From an uncultured Syntrophaceae bacterium (GTDB lineage Bacteria > Desulfobacterota > Syntrophia > Syntrophales > UBA8958), in assembly GCA_964492965.1 (NCBI GenBank), contig CAZBME010000026.1, forward strand, positions 925-64,924: 64,000 nt of DNA, in the 5' to 3' direction. A program made the position numbers and the translations under genes. Position 1 is the stretch's first letter. Each line of letters starts with the position of its first letter. Positions 9,499 through 20,600 of the stretch are shown here, one piece after another. The notes beneath the pieces are model-generated. The model saw nothing but the letters and a program-made list of their open reading frames with translations, did not search any database and had not been told where the DNA came from.

Positions 9499-9527
9499 TA
9501 TATAAGCCTAATGATCTTTTATGTCAA
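9499..9527 (-). promoter_or_regulatory. Sigma-70-like promoter candidate upstream of the GGDEF gene
   Basis: On the minus strand: TTGACA (9527-9522), a 17-nt spacer, then TATATA (9504-9499), about 70 nt upstream of the ATG at 9425. Confidence 0.4.
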
Positions 9528-9531
9528 CAAT

Positions 9532-11730
9532 TTACCGGTCCTTTTCGATTTCTTTTTTAACAGCCGTACCGAGCGTTTCCATGATGTAGGGTTTTCTGAT
9601 ATAGGCTCCGGCGCCGAGTTCCTGGGCTTTCCGGACCCGCTGTGTTTCTGAAAATCCGCTTACGATAATGGCCTTCTGCTTGGGATGGATGTCCAATATC
9701 CTCTTGTAGGTCTCCAGGCCGTCTATCCCGGGGTCCATAATCATATCGAGGACAACAAGGTCAATCTTTTCCTGCCGCAGGAAATCAAGGGCCTCCTCTC
9801 CGCTGGAAACCGCGACGGCGTTATACCCCAGCCGCTGAAACATGCTGACGGCAAGCTCCCGCTGCTCCTTGACATCATCCACGACCAGGATCGACTCGCC
9901 GTGCCCCAAATAGGCCGACGGCAACACAGCTTCCCTGACCATAGACGGTTGTTCCCTTGTTATGGGGAAATAAAGGGTAAAAACACTGCCGTTGCCTTCT
10001 TCGCTCTTGACATCAATGTAACCATTGTGATCCTTCACCGTCCCCCAGACGACGGCCAATCCCAGCCCCGTACCGCTTCTGCCCATAGCCTTCTTTGTGT
10101 AAAAAGGTTCGAATATCTTGTTAATATCCTCCTGTGAAATGCCTTTGCCGCTATCGGATACGGTCAGGACAACATATTCCCCTTCAGCCATGTCGTCGTA
10201 CCCTTGGATACGATTTTCCAGATAACGGTTCTCCGTCCGTATAGTGACACTGCCCGTTTCGGGGATGGCTTCGGCTGCATTGGACAAAAGATTCATAATC
10301 GTCTTTTCCAGATGCACCGGAGATCCTTTCAGGTTCAACAGGCCGTCTGCCTGCTCCAACCGGAACGTGACACCCGGATGATAGGCCCGCAGCCTATCGA
10401 ATTCCGGCGTCCCGGCATAACGTGAGAGGATCTCGTTCAGATTGACCACTTCGGAAATCGGCACACTGCGCCTGGCCAGAGTCAGAAGATCCTGAATGAT
10501 AGCGGAAGCCCGTTCGCCGGACTGCATGATGCTCTTGACGTGCCTCCGCAGCGGACTGGATTCCGGCACTTCCAGTAAAAGAAGTTCCGAGTAGCCGACG
10601 AGAACCCCGAGAACATTGTTGAGATCATGCGCGACTCCGCCAGCCAGCGTCCCCATGGCCTCCATCTTTTCTGCGCGATGCAGGCGTTCCTGCAAGCGTT
10701 GGCGCTCTTCCTCCCCTTCCTTGCGCCACGTGACATCCTGGTTCGTGCCTTCGAAATAGAGGATATTGCCCTGGCCGTCACGAACAGCCCTGACATTCAC
10801 GGAAATCCATATCTTGCTGCCATCCTTGCGATAAACCTGATGTTCGAAGCCTTCTATCCGTCCCTGATCATACATGACAGAAAGAAAGTGTTCCCGTTCC
10901 TCGGACACTACGTAATGTTGCCGGACCATGTCCTGAATATCCGCTACCATTTCCTCCGGCGATTCATATCCGCACATCCTGGCCATGGAAGGATTGACAC
11001 TGAGAAAACGTCCCTCCGGTGTGCTTTGGAATATGCCTTCGATGGCCTCCTCGTAAATACGGCGATAACGCTCCTCACTTTTTTTCAGCTCTTCCTGCGC
11101 CTTCTTGAATTCCGTAATCTCCTTCGATATGCAGATGACGTAAGCCACTTCCTGCCGCTCATTCTTAATGGGCTTGATGGTCGTGATATAATACCGGTCC
11201 CCATCGGGTCTGGGCACAAGCACTTCGATGACCTTGACCTCTCCCCGCTCAAAGACCCCTTTCAGCGCCCCAAAACGTTTGTCCGCCTCTTCCTTCGGGA
11301 AAACATCCCATATTCTTTTCCCGATGATATCATCAACATTTCTGCCGACACCGGCGGCAAATGCCTTGTTGACGTAACGATACTGTCCGTCTGAATAAAA
11401 GGTAAAAATCGGATCGCTGGATTCGTCGAGCAAAATTCGATATTTTTCTTCATTTTCGCGCAGCGCTTGTTGAGATTGATCTATGGAATGCACATACTTG
11501 TTAATAAGGAAATAAAGGAGCAATGTCGTCACAAAAACGAATAGCCAGCCCTTGGCGGTGTGGATCAAGGTAATGAGACTGACGGCCAATCCTGAATTGT
11601 CCACAATGCGATCGGACAGCAGAATCCATAGCGCACCCAGAATCCCATAGATCAAGCATATTTTCAGGGCTGTTGTCCGGGATAGGGATTGGGGGGCATT
11701 TTTTTTCAATGGCATCAAATTATCGCTCAT
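9532..11730 (-). CDS. Hybrid sensor histidine kinase (2 TM, 2 PAS, HisKA, HATPase, receiver)
   Basis: PAS-like blocks; H-box GGVAHDLNN; ATPase G-boxes DSGKGI / GTGLGLAVV; C-terminal receiver ILVVDD ... DLVVLDMIMP-like ... K. Confidence 0.85.
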   Translation of the reverse strand: MSDNLMPLKKNAPQSLSRTTALKICLIYGILGALWILLSDRIVDNSGLAVSLITLIHTAKGWLFVFVTTLLLYFLINKYVHSIDQSQQALRENEEKYRILLDESSDPIFTFYSDGQYRYVNKAFAAGVGRNVDDIIGKRIWDVFPKEEADKRFGALKGVFERGEVKVIEVLVPRPDGDRYYITTIKPIKNERQEVAYVICISKEITEFKKAQEELKKSEERYRRIYEEAIEGIFQSTPEGRFLSVNPSMARMCGYESPEEMVADIQDMVRQHYVVSEEREHFLSVMYDQGRIEGFEHQVYRKDGSKIWISVNVRAVRDGQGNILYFEGTNQDVTWRKEGEEERQRLQERLHRAEKMEAMGTLAGGVAHDLNNVLGVLVGYSELLLLEVPESSPLRRHVKSIMQSGERASAIIQDLLTLARRSVPISEVVNLNEILSRYAGTPEFDRLRAYHPGVTFRLEQADGLLNLKGSPVHLEKTIMNLLSNAAEAIPETGSVTIRTENRYLENRIQGYDDMAEGEYVVLTVSDSGKGISQEDINKIFEPFYTKKAMGRSGTGLGLAVVWGTVKDHNGYIDVKSEEGNGSVFTLYFPITREQPSMVREAVLPSAYLGHGESILVVDDVKEQRELAVSMFQRLGYNAVAVSSGEEALDFLRQEKIDLVVLDMIMDPGIDGLETYKRILDIHPKQKAIIVSGFSETQRVRKAQELGAGAYIRKPYIMETLGTAVKKEIEKDR

Positions 11731-11965
11731 CCATGACCCTCCATATCTTTTGTAGAATACATGTCATAATATTTTAAAGCCATGCTCACTCATATAATCA
11801 TCCGGGCCAACTTGCAAGGATTCTGGCGCTATAGGATACGGCATCCGGAAAATAACACTTGTTTATATTGGACTTATTTTATAATATCAGCACAGTTATA
11901 AATGAGTTGTCGCTCATCGGCTTAATCCAAACCGGTATAAATGTCCGATACTGCCAGGAGGTGGT

Positions 11966-14455
11966 ATGAAGAAGACGCGAACATCGCTGCTCATTGATTC
12001 TGTGATTGCTTTTGTCCTGACACTTGCGATCCTCTTAGCCGGCCTTGTTTCCTGGGCGCCTCTAGAAGAACTTGAATACCGGCTCTACGATTTCGGCTCT
12101 CAACTGAGAGAAAAAGACACGTCGTCCCCCATTATCATGGTCACCATCGATGACGAAAGCATCAATGGCATGGGACGCTGGCCATGGCCGCGGGGCCATA
12201 TTGCCCAGATGGTCAATTTTCTGAAACAATCGGAAGCCAAAGTCATCGGCATCAATATCATCTATTCGGAAAATGATCTCAGTCAAGGCCTGCTGGAAGT
12301 CCGTAAAATCATCAAGGGCATGGAGGACGATCCTGCACTCCAGAAGAAAATCCTGGAAAACCCCCTCTATCAGGCGCTGAAGGACTCGGAAAAGAGGCTG
12401 GACAACGATGCCATCCTGACAACCTCGCTGCTGGAGAGTAAAAACGTCATTCTGCCCCTTTATTTTACCCTGGGAAAAGTTGCCGGAGGCGGTGCAAATG
12501 TTCCGGATTATCTAAAGCTGAATTCCATGGTCCCGTCGGGTACAGAAGATACTTTGACCGCCCGCGAGATCACCCCGCCGATTCCCGCCTTCGCCCAGAA
12601 CGCCCTGGCCCTGGGGCATATCAACATCATCACCGACAGCGATGGAACCGTCCGGGGCGAACCCTTACTGATCAACTATGAAAGCCGGCTTTACCCCTCA
12701 TTATCCCTGCAGCTTACCCTCAAATATCTGAATTATGACATCAAGGATGTTCGCCTCTATTCTCAGGGTCTGCGAATTCAGAAGATCGCGATTCCCACAG
12801 ATGAGAAAAACAGGATGCTCATCAGCTTCAATGCAAGATTTCCCCGTTACTCCTTCATTGATGTGATAAATAACAAGATTCCCGCAGCAACGTTCAAGAA
12901 TAAAATCGTTATCATCGCCCAGAGCGCCGCCGGTTTGGGATCATCGGTGACAACGCCCATCGGCGTTCATGTGCCGGCCTGGGCCATCATGGCAAATGCT
13001 GTTGACAATATCCTGAACCGTGACCACATCACCCGGCCGGACTGGACGTTCCCCCTGGAAAACGGGGTCATCGTCTTTTTCGGCATCTTCCTGGCCGTTG
13101 GCATTCCCCTGCTGAAAGCCCGCATCAGTGCCATTATATCACTTGCCCTTCTGATGATCTGGATCGGCGCAGGTGAATACTTTTTTATCACGAATGGCTA
13201 CTGGATCAAGGTGGTCTATCCTTCCCTGCTCCTTGTTGCCGGTTATCTCGTTCTGGTTTCCAAGCGTTATTTCCTGACGGAGCGGAGCAAAGAACGAATC
13301 GAGGCAGACAGCGTGGAAACCAACAAGATGCTGGGACTCTCCTTCCAGGGGCAGGGCATGCTGGACATGGCCTTCGAAAAATTCAGGAAATGCCCCGTGG
13401 AAGACGAGGCCGTCCGGGAATTGATCTATAATCTGGCGTTGGATTTTGAAAGAAAACGGATGTTTAACAAAGCCGTGGCCGCCTATGAACATATCGCCCA
13501 GGCCGGCAGCTTTAAGGATATTGAAGAGCGTATCAAAAAACTCAACACCGTGGGTGATACCATGATCTTCGGTCTCGGCGGCGGCGGGAAGAAAGACGCC
13601 ACCGTCCTGATGGACAACGCCGACACCAAACCCACCCTGGGCCGGTATGAAATCAGCAAGGAATTGGGCCGGGGCGCCATGGGAACCGTGTATCTCGGCA
13701 AAGACCCCCGGATCAACAGGGAAGTGGCAATCAAGACCCTTCGCTACGAAGAAATCGACAGCGAGCAGATTGACGAGGTCAAGAAACGCTTCTTCCGGGA
13801 GGCGGAAGCCGCCGGCAAACTGTCCCACCCCAATATCGTCACCATTTACGACGTCGGAGAAGATTACGATATCGCCTACATGGCCATGGAACTCCTGGAA
13901 GGAACGGACCTGGCAAAATACTGCCAAAACGATAATCTCCTCCCCCTGCCGGAGGTGGTGCGGATCATAAGCGCCGTTGCCGGCGCCCTGGATTATGCCC
14001 ATGAAAACGGTGTGGTTCACCGGGATATCAAACCGGCTAATATCATGGTCCTGAAAAACGGCGAAATCCGGGTGGCCGATTTCGGCATCGCCCGCGTCAT
14101 GACCTCCTCCAAGACCCAGACCGGTGTGATTCTGGGAACCCCGAGCTATATGTCACCGGAACAAATTGCCGGCCAGAAGGTGGATGGGCGGTCCGACCTC
14201 TTTTCTCTGGGCGTTGTATTTTATGAGCTGCTGACGGGCGAAAAACCCTTTCAGGGGGACAGCATCGCCACTTTGATGTTCAACATCACCACCAATCCCC
14301 CCGCCCCGCTGAAAGACCTGGCGCCGGGCCTTCCGGAACCATGCATCGCCATCATCGACCGGTTGCTGGCTAAGGACAGGGAAGCACGTTATCGTCAGGG
14401 AAAGGATCTCGTTGCCGACCTCGCCCAATGCCTTGCGCCACAGGAGAAACCGTGA
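11966..14455 (+). CDS. CHASE2 sensor domain / transmembrane / Hanks-type Ser/Thr protein kinase
   Basis: GGAGG RBS. N-terminal TM, a large extracytoplasmic region and a 3-TM block typical of CHASE2. Kinase motifs GRGAMGTVY, VAIK, HRDIKPANI, DFGIA, GTPSYMSPE. Confidence 0.85.
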   Translation: MKKTRTSLLIDSVIAFVLTLAILLAGLVSWAPLEELEYRLYDFGSQLREKDTSSPIIMVTIDDESINGMGRWPWPRGHIAQMVNFLKQSEAKVIGINIIYSENDLSQGLLEVRKIIKGMEDDPALQKKILENPLYQALKDSEKRLDNDAILTTSLLESKNVILPLYFTLGKVAGGGANVPDYLKLNSMVPSGTEDTLTAREITPPIPAFAQNALALGHINIITDSDGTVRGEPLLINYESRLYPSLSLQLTLKYLNYDIKDVRLYSQGLRIQKIAIPTDEKNRMLISFNARFPRYSFIDVINNKIPAATFKNKIVIIAQSAAGLGSSVTTPIGVHVPAWAIMANAVDNILNRDHITRPDWTFPLENGVIVFFGIFLAVGIPLLKARISAIISLALLMIWIGAGEYFFITNGYWIKVVYPSLLLVAGYLVLVSKRYFLTERSKERIEADSVETNKMLGLSFQGQGMLDMAFEKFRKCPVEDEAVRELIYNLALDFERKRMFNKAVAAYEHIAQAGSFKDIEERIKKLNTVGDTMIFGLGGGGKKDATVLMDNADTKPTLGRYEISKELGRGAMGTVYLGKDPRINREVAIKTLRYEEIDSEQIDEVKKRFFREAEAAGKLSHPNIVTIYDVGEDYDIAYMAMELLEGTDLAKYCQNDNLLPLPEVVRIISAVAGALDYAHENGVVHRDIKPANIMVLKNGEIRVADFGIARVMTSSKTQTGVILGTPSYMSPEQIAGQKVDGRSDLFSLGVVFYELLTGEKPFQGDSIATLMFNITTNPPAPLKDLAPGLPEPCIAIIDRLLAKDREARYRQGKDLVADLAQCLAPQEKP

Positions 14456-15261
14456 AGCTTCTTGTCGCTGCCGAAACAGATATGGGGCTTGTCCGCCGGA
14501 ACAATGAGGACAACTATTATGTCAATGAGGCGATCGGGCTTTTTGTCGTCTGTGACGGCATGGGGGGGCATAGTTCCGGCGAAGTAGCCAGCAAAATGGC
14601 CGTTGATATCATTCGGGATTGCTTCACGGGAGCCGGCAGGGACAAACCGCTCCAGATCGGACCGTATCAAAAGGAATTCTCCGAAGCGACAAACCGGCTT
14701 GCCTCATCCATCCGCCTGGCCAATATGGCCGTTTATGAGGCGTCTATCGGCCATCCCGAGCTTCAGGGGATGGGAACAACCATCGTCGCCGTGCAAATTG
14801 ATCGGAAACGACTGAGCATTGCCCATATCGGAGACAGCCGCGTTTATCTGATCCGGGCAGGCAATATGGAGCAATTGACGGATGATCATTCGATCGTCTA
14901 TGAGCAGGTCAAGCGTGAATTGATTACGAAGGAAGAGGCATCCCGATCGGAATTGAAAAACATCCTCACCCGGGCTCTGGGCATTGCGGAAGACGTAGAA
15001 GTCGATCTCTCGGAGATGACCCTGTCGCCGGAAGACATCCTGCTCCTTTGCAGTGACGGTTTGAGCGGAATGATCGATGACGAAACCATGCTTTCCGTCA
15101 TTATCGACATAGAAGACCCCATGGCGGCCTGTGCAAAACTGATCGCCATGGCCAACGCCAACGGCGGCAAGGACAATATCACACTGGTAATCGTTCGTCC
15201 TGAAGAGAAAAAAGGGATTATCCCATGGTTATCCAATATTTTCAAACGGTTCTGGAGGTAA
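14452..15261 (+). CDS. PP2C-family Ser/Thr phosphatase
   Basis: Motifs RRNNEDNY, VCDGMGGH, LLLCSDGL, GGKDNITLV. The GTG start overlaps the kinase stop (GTGA). The tracked ATG at 14428 would overlap the kinase by 28 nt. Confidence 0.85.
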   Translation: MKLLVAAETDMGLVRRNNEDNYYVNEAIGLFVVCDGMGGHSSGEVASKMAVDIIRDCFTGAGRDKPLQIGPYQKEFSEATNRLASSIRLANMAVYEASIGHPELQGMGTTIVAVQIDRKRLSIAHIGDSRVYLIRAGNMEQLTDDHSIVYEQVKRELITKEEASRSELKNILTRALGIAEDVEVDLSEMTLSPEDILLLCSDGLSGMIDDETMLSVIIDIEDPMAACAKLIAMANANGGKDNITLVIVRPEEKKGIIPWLSNIFKRFWR

Positions 15262-15265
15262 AGGT

Positions 15266-15970
15266 ATGGCGACGGTGATACTGAAATTCAAGGAGGCAGT
15301 CATCAAGGAAATCCCCTTGGAGAATGCCACGACGACCATAGGCAGGAAGGAAGATAACGACATCGTTATCGATAATCAGGCCGTATCGGGTCATCATGCC
15401 CAAATCGTGAAAGAGGAAGACGACTTTTTCATTGAGGATCTAGGCAGTCTGAATGGCACTTTCGTGAATGGATTTAAAGTGACCAAAATAGAGTTGTTCA
15501 AGGGAGATATGATCCTGGTCGGCTTGCACAGCCTCGAATTCATCTCCGAAAAATTCAGACCCCAGGACGACAAAAAAGCGTTCGCCGTTCGCGGCCGCTC
15601 CATGGACGAAACTATGGTCATCTCGCCTCAGGAACAGAAAAAGATCCTGGCCGTCCGGGATAAGGATGTTCCCGAACCCGTTGGTGGTTTTTATGTTCTG
15701 GAAGGTTCCACCGACCAACGAGAATATGAGCTAAGAGAAAGAATTTCCACCATCGGCAAAGAAGACGGCGCCGCCATCCGCCTCAAAGGCTTTTTTGCCC
15801 CCAAGGTGGCCGCCCTGGTCAACCGTCGGAAAGAAGGCTATTTCATTACACCGGCCGGAGGGAAACCCATAAAAATCAACGGCCGGGAACTAGACCGCCG
15901 CTACGACCTGAAAGACGGCGATCTTGTCGAGACGGGAGGGCTGAAACTTCAGTTTTACGTTAAGGAATAA
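15266..15970 (+). CDS. Protein with two FHA domains
   Basis: GGAGG RBS. First FHA: TIGRKEDNDIVI ... SGHHAQI ... DLGSLNGTFVNG. A second, more degenerate FHA lies in the C-terminal half (TIGKEDGAAIRL ... KINGREL). Confidence 0.75.
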   Translation: MATVILKFKEAVIKEIPLENATTTIGRKEDNDIVIDNQAVSGHHAQIVKEEDDFFIEDLGSLNGTFVNGFKVTKIELFKGDMILVGLHSLEFISEKFRPQDDKKAFAVRGRSMDETMVISPQEQKKILAVRDKDVPEPVGGFYVLEGSTDQREYELRERISTIGKEDGAAIRLKGFFAPKVAALVNRRKEGYFITPAGGKPIKINGRELDRRYDLKDGDLVETGGLKLQFYVKE

Positions 15971-16088
15971 TACCGGTTTTATCCCTCTTATGCTGTTAGA
16001 AGTATGGGGGCATGATGATCACAACCACCCTTGCTCCCTCTGCCTCATGAAGTGCCCTGTATCGGGGAACAGGCGATCAGGAAGGTTC

Positions 16089-16271
16089 TTATAGAGGACT
16101 CCCACCCTTCAACGGTTGGAAGAGGTATTCCAGGCCATTGACTTTCACTTCATAAACAGTCCGGAGCAGATCGCCGAGTTCGCCATCCGGAAAACCTTTC
16201 CGGGACAGCCAGATGACGTAATGTTCAGGAAGATCGACGAGACGGCGACCCGCGTATTTCCCGAAGGGCAT
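16089..16271 (-). CDS. DUF3820-like small protein (family sometimes annotated as quorum-sensing-regulated virulence factor)
   Basis: MPFGKYAGRRLVDLPEHYVIWLSRKGFPDGELG matches my memory of the DUF3820 core. ATG 16271 has GAGG 5 nt upstream, whereas the longer tracked start has no RBS. Confidence 0.6.
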   Translation of the reverse strand: MPFGKYAGRRLVDLPEHYVIWLSRKGFPDGELGDLLRTVYEVKVNGLEYLFQPLKGGSPL

Positions 16272-16444
16272 TTTAACCTCGACCAGTTTCATAAGAATAC
16301 GCCCATCAGGAACGACCTGCAAACCGACCTCCCGTTTTATCATCAAAAAAGTCTCAAAGGGACAAGGAGGGAAAGACGGGTGAAGACAAAGTCCGCCATG
16401 CCCTGCGCCCCATAGCACCATAAAGTACCCGTTGCCGGGAATCG

Positions 16445-17620
16445 TTATATTTGACCCGAAGATGAGTCCGGAAACGTTTGTTTCCCGAGGAGGTTCGATT
16501 TGCCGAGGGTTCCCTTGAGATACTCGAGCATCAACTCTTCGATCATCTGCTCCTTCGGGGTATTGGCGAAGGACACCCGTTCCTCCCCTGCTGATTTGCT
16601 GATCTTCCCGAGCTGGATGGCAGACAACCGCAGGGCCTGCTGAAGGGCGACATATTTCTTCATCAACTCACCCGGGGACATGTTCGAAAGGGTTTGATAA
16701 ACGGAGATCATTTGATTCGGCGCCGGCAGATGAGGCGATTCCAGGATCATTCTGGAATTGCGGGCATAGCGCTTCATCCCCGTGATGATATGGCTTGCCT
16801 TCACGAAATTCATGCTCGACCAGCCTGCGTTGATCCATTGGAAGACACCGGCACGAACCACGGTCGGCGCCGTACCCGTTTCCGCATAAACACCCACGGA
16901 AAAATAATCGTATATATAGGACTTGACCCATCCCAAACCCGTCTTGGCGGAACCGGGTTCGGAGGAGTAGTAATAGTTCCAGTCATTGTCGTTGCCCAGA
17001 ATCACCCCTTTTTTCCCTACGTTGGAGGGACCGGTCTGCTTCGAGACGGAAACCAGAACCTGCCGTCCCTTGTGATTGAGAAGAATAAGGGTTCGCTGGA
17101 GGTCATATTCGTAATAAACCCCGGTCGTAAGGTCCGGGGTGTTGGAATCGTGCTGAACCCCATGGATGATGACGGGACGGCCACCCGCATGAACCGGCTT
17201 CCATTGGCTGGGCAATTTCTGTGTGTCTCCGTTGGGGGCGGTCCAGATGGAATAACGCAGGGACGAAGGTCTTGTAATGGCACTTGGAATAAGTGGGTCA
17301 TAGGAATACTTCATGAATCGCGGAAAAGTGATCTTCGTGTCGAATTCGTAGTAGGCCCCCGTACAATCCATGCTTTTTAATAGTGCGTGTTCCTTTTGTT
17401 GTTTTGCACCCAAAACGTAATCCACCAGGATCGCCACGGCATGCTCATCAAGACCGGTCTTGGGATCCATACAAAACTTCACCAGTTTCACGGCCGCCTC
17501 ATCGATCGGAGTGGCCGCGTAGGCCGGGGAAAGCCCCCAGACATGCGGGTGCATAAGGAGCAACAGCAGGGTCAACGCAAGATAAACCCCTAGGGATCTT
17601 AAACAAAAATATTTTCTCAT
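16445..17620 (-). CDS. Secreted hypothetical protein
   Basis: From ATG 17620 the N-terminus MRKYFCLRSLGVYLALTLLLLLMHPHVWG looks like a Sec signal peptide. No recognisable catalytic motif. Confidence 0.5.
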   Translation of the reverse strand: MRKYFCLRSLGVYLALTLLLLLMHPHVWGLSPAYAATPIDEAAVKLVKFCMDPKTGLDEHAVAILVDYVLGAKQQKEHALLKSMDCTGAYYEFDTKITFPRFMKYSYDPLIPSAITRPSSLRYSIWTAPNGDTQKLPSQWKPVHAGGRPVIIHGVQHDSNTPDLTTGVYYEYDLQRTLILLNHKGRQVLVSVSKQTGPSNVGKKGVILGNDNDWNYYYSSEPGSAKTGLGWVKSYIYDYFSVGVYAETGTAPTVVRAGVFQWINAGWSSMNFVKASHIITGMKRYARNSRMILESPHLPAPNQMISVYQTLSNMSPGELMKKYVALQQALRLSAIQLGKISKSAGEERVSFANTPKEQMIEELMLEYLKGTLGKSNLLGKQTFPDSSSGQI

Positions 17621-17695
17621 GTTGGAATAATCACCGGGAATGTTTTTTTCGGGGGGACCATACGCCAGACCCATCCCATAGTCAACAGAAAAACG

Positions 17696-20600
17696 TTAAA
17701 TCACATCACCCGTATCCGTTACCAGCTTCATCGGCAATTGAAAAACACGCCGGAAGATATTCAGGACTTCCTTGGCCAGCTCCCTCACCGGGACTGCTCG
17801 AACAATGGGGTCTTTCCAGGGTCCCCGGGCCTCGAAATGCACCGTGATGAACCGCCGGTCCGTGTCCGTCAGGATCCACCCCAGGACGGGAATGCGACTG
17901 ACGACCTTATCGACGCTCTGAAGAGGTTGAACGCCGACGGACATATCCATCGTCTCTTTAACCATATCTATCTGGCCGACGGCGACGATATTGATGGCCT
18001 CGCTTTTCAATAAGGCATCTTCCGTCGTCAAAAGCCCGTCGCGAGCCGATACGGCAGCTGTAAGCTTCGTAAACGGCATGCCCCCCTCTGCCATGTCGGG
18101 CAAATGGAACGTCAAAAGTTGGGAGACATTCAAGATCGAAAATATCTTCGACAACACGGCAAATTTCTTCAAGACCCCCTTTTCGACCTGAAGATCCAGC
18201 GCCCCCCGGAGGCTTTTTTTGATCTCTTCCCGGCTGAGGCCCGATGCAGTGATGCGCCCCCTGGAGGTGACCGTCCCGCTCATCATATCGGGCGGCATCT
18301 CCGTCAACCGTATCAGGGAACCCGCCGGAACGCCCGCCATGCGGAAATCAAATTCGTAGACGGGCCGGGCCTTATCGGCGACATCGACAGTACCTGTCCC
18401 GGAAATTTTCCCATTCCAGGCATCGGCATTAAAGGAGTGAATGACAAGTTTCGGTTCCGAATAAGAAAATCGGGTATGGAGATTCGCATAATCCAGATTG
18501 TCCAGACGCCCCTTCCCCACATGAACGGTCCCCTCGTATGAACGGGCACCACGCCCTGCCTCGAACGGCGATTTCCCCAGCCCAGAGAGAAGGAGGACGT
18601 CCTGATGGTTGAGGATGGGCGCTGTGAACTGAACATTGACGACAGGATTCGTCACCTGCCTGGGCCATGACACGACGGCATTGAGGACGGAGTCGTTCAG
18701 CCGCGCCGACAATGACGATATTTGAATCTCAGCCGCGTTCATGACGATGAGTCCCTTAAGATCCAGGAGCCGGACGGGCCCCTTGGGGTTCGCCCAGCCG
18801 AAATCGGCCATATCCAGAAGGGCCGACGCAAAGGTCACATTCACCGTCGGATGGTCCATGTTCTTGACCCACCCTTTCACGTTGAACATCGTTCGTCCCA
18901 CCGTTGCCGACAAGCCTGCTGTAGAAACATCGCGGTCATCGATCTTCAAAATGCCCGCAATATTCTGCACCTTCCGGACCTTCTCCGCTGGTATGACAGA
19001 AACGCCCATCAGGGACATCTCCCCTTTCCAGAGGAGGCTTTTCCAATCCCCCGGTCGGCTCTCACCGTTCATTTGGAGCCGAACAGCCCCTTCGGCCTCA
19101 TAGGGCCTGATAGCCGGGACCATCGGCATGAGGGCCTTGAGATCGAATACATTGGATTCCAGGGCAATAGAGACATGATCCCGATTCCGAAAGCGGTAAA
19201 GGACCTTCCCGGACAGGGAAAGAGGGGGAAGATCGTATTGAAGCTTCGGGACCATCCACTGACCGGACCCATATTCCGCCGTCGCCTGCAGGCGGTTCAT
19301 CCTTCCTGCGGGCTTGATTAAACGCCCGTCGGCGTAGGCAACAGGCGTCAGATCCCAATCGCCTTTTAATTGATAACGGTCCAAGAGGCCATCGCCTATG
19401 AGTTTCAGCGTCGATGTCCCCTGGATCGTCACGGTCTTCATGGCCTCGGCACCCAATAACCAGGCCGCTTCCTTTGCCGTGGCCGTCATGGTCATCGAGA
19501 AGGGATACGTGGAAGGGCCGTCAAGGCAATAATTCCGTATGGCCCCCTCCAGGGTCAGAGGCGAATCACCGAAGCGACCGGACATGCCTTTGAGGGAAAA
19601 ATCGGGCCCCTGAAAGACCAGTTCACCCTTGATATCCGTGAACACGGGCGCCGTCGGGCCATAGGTCAGGATACCCCCTTCAACGCCAAGGCGTGCCTGA
19701 AGGACGTGGGCGTTTTTAATCTGGTTCATGTTCCCGATCTGGGAGAGCCGACCGGAGAGGTTTCCCTCGGCTAGGCGGAAGACACCACCCCGGATGTGGT
19801 CCCGAATATAGGCAGCTACGCTTGCCGGAAGGAGGCGATCGGGGATGTAGGCATGATATTTTTCAAATGAGAAGGCATTCGTCCGAACCTGGACGGACAG
19901 GGCGGGATCGCCCTGACCAAGACCGCTTATGGTTAGGGCTCCCCGGGCTTGAAAGGCGTCGACGGCAAGATCCAGTTTTCTCAGGGAGAGGCTGCCGTCG
20001 ACCCGCTTCATCTCATAGTCGATCTGAACCAGCTGCGGGGTCAGGGCGGAGGAAAAGGCACGGGGATAGTTGAGCTTTACATCCTTCATGGCAACCGTTC
20101 CCGACGCATCAAAGGCCATCCAGCGGCCTTTGATGGCCATATCGCCATCGAGAGCGCCCTTGAGTGTCGTAAAGGCCGCATAGTGCTCACAATAGGGAAC
20201 AAAGGCCGTCAGATCCATATGATTGGCCCTTAGGCGCATATCGACAGCCGTCTCGATCCAGGACTTGCCCTTCCCGGGCATGGAGAGGGTTCCCTTGGCT
20301 TCGATCTTTCCCTCTTTGGCCCCATGGATCACGGCTGTCTTAAGATCGACGCTCGTTTCCTGTCCCCACGAAAACCCCCGAAAGGCCGCGTTCAGATCCT
20401 TTAGGATCAGCGATGTTCCAATGGCAGACACGTATTGATCCCGAAGGTTCACCGTTCCCTCCTGGATCGTCACGCGCCGGATTCGGATGGAATTATCCGC
20501 TTTAGACGCCATAAGGTCCTCCACGCTCCATCTTCCGGAGGTATCGCGGCTGATGGCCATGCGCGGCCGATACATTTTCAGATTTTGGATGACGAGCTCT

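Noticed and set aside
9493-9508. TGGCAC-N5-AAGC on the plus strand (sigma-54-like)
   Set aside because: The -12 element is poor (AAGC rather than TTGC), and no plus-strand gene lies downstream. The same bases form the -10 region of a better minus-strand sigma-70 candidate.
10627-11394. 255-aa plus-strand ORF inside the histidine kinase gene
   Set aside because: It is antisense to well-supported PAS/HisKA coding sequence and has no RBS or motif.
13139-14020. 293-aa minus-strand ORF inside the kinase gene
   Set aside because: It is a shadow ORF opposite a region with unambiguous Hanks-kinase motifs, and it has a low-complexity Gly/His/Phe-rich translation.
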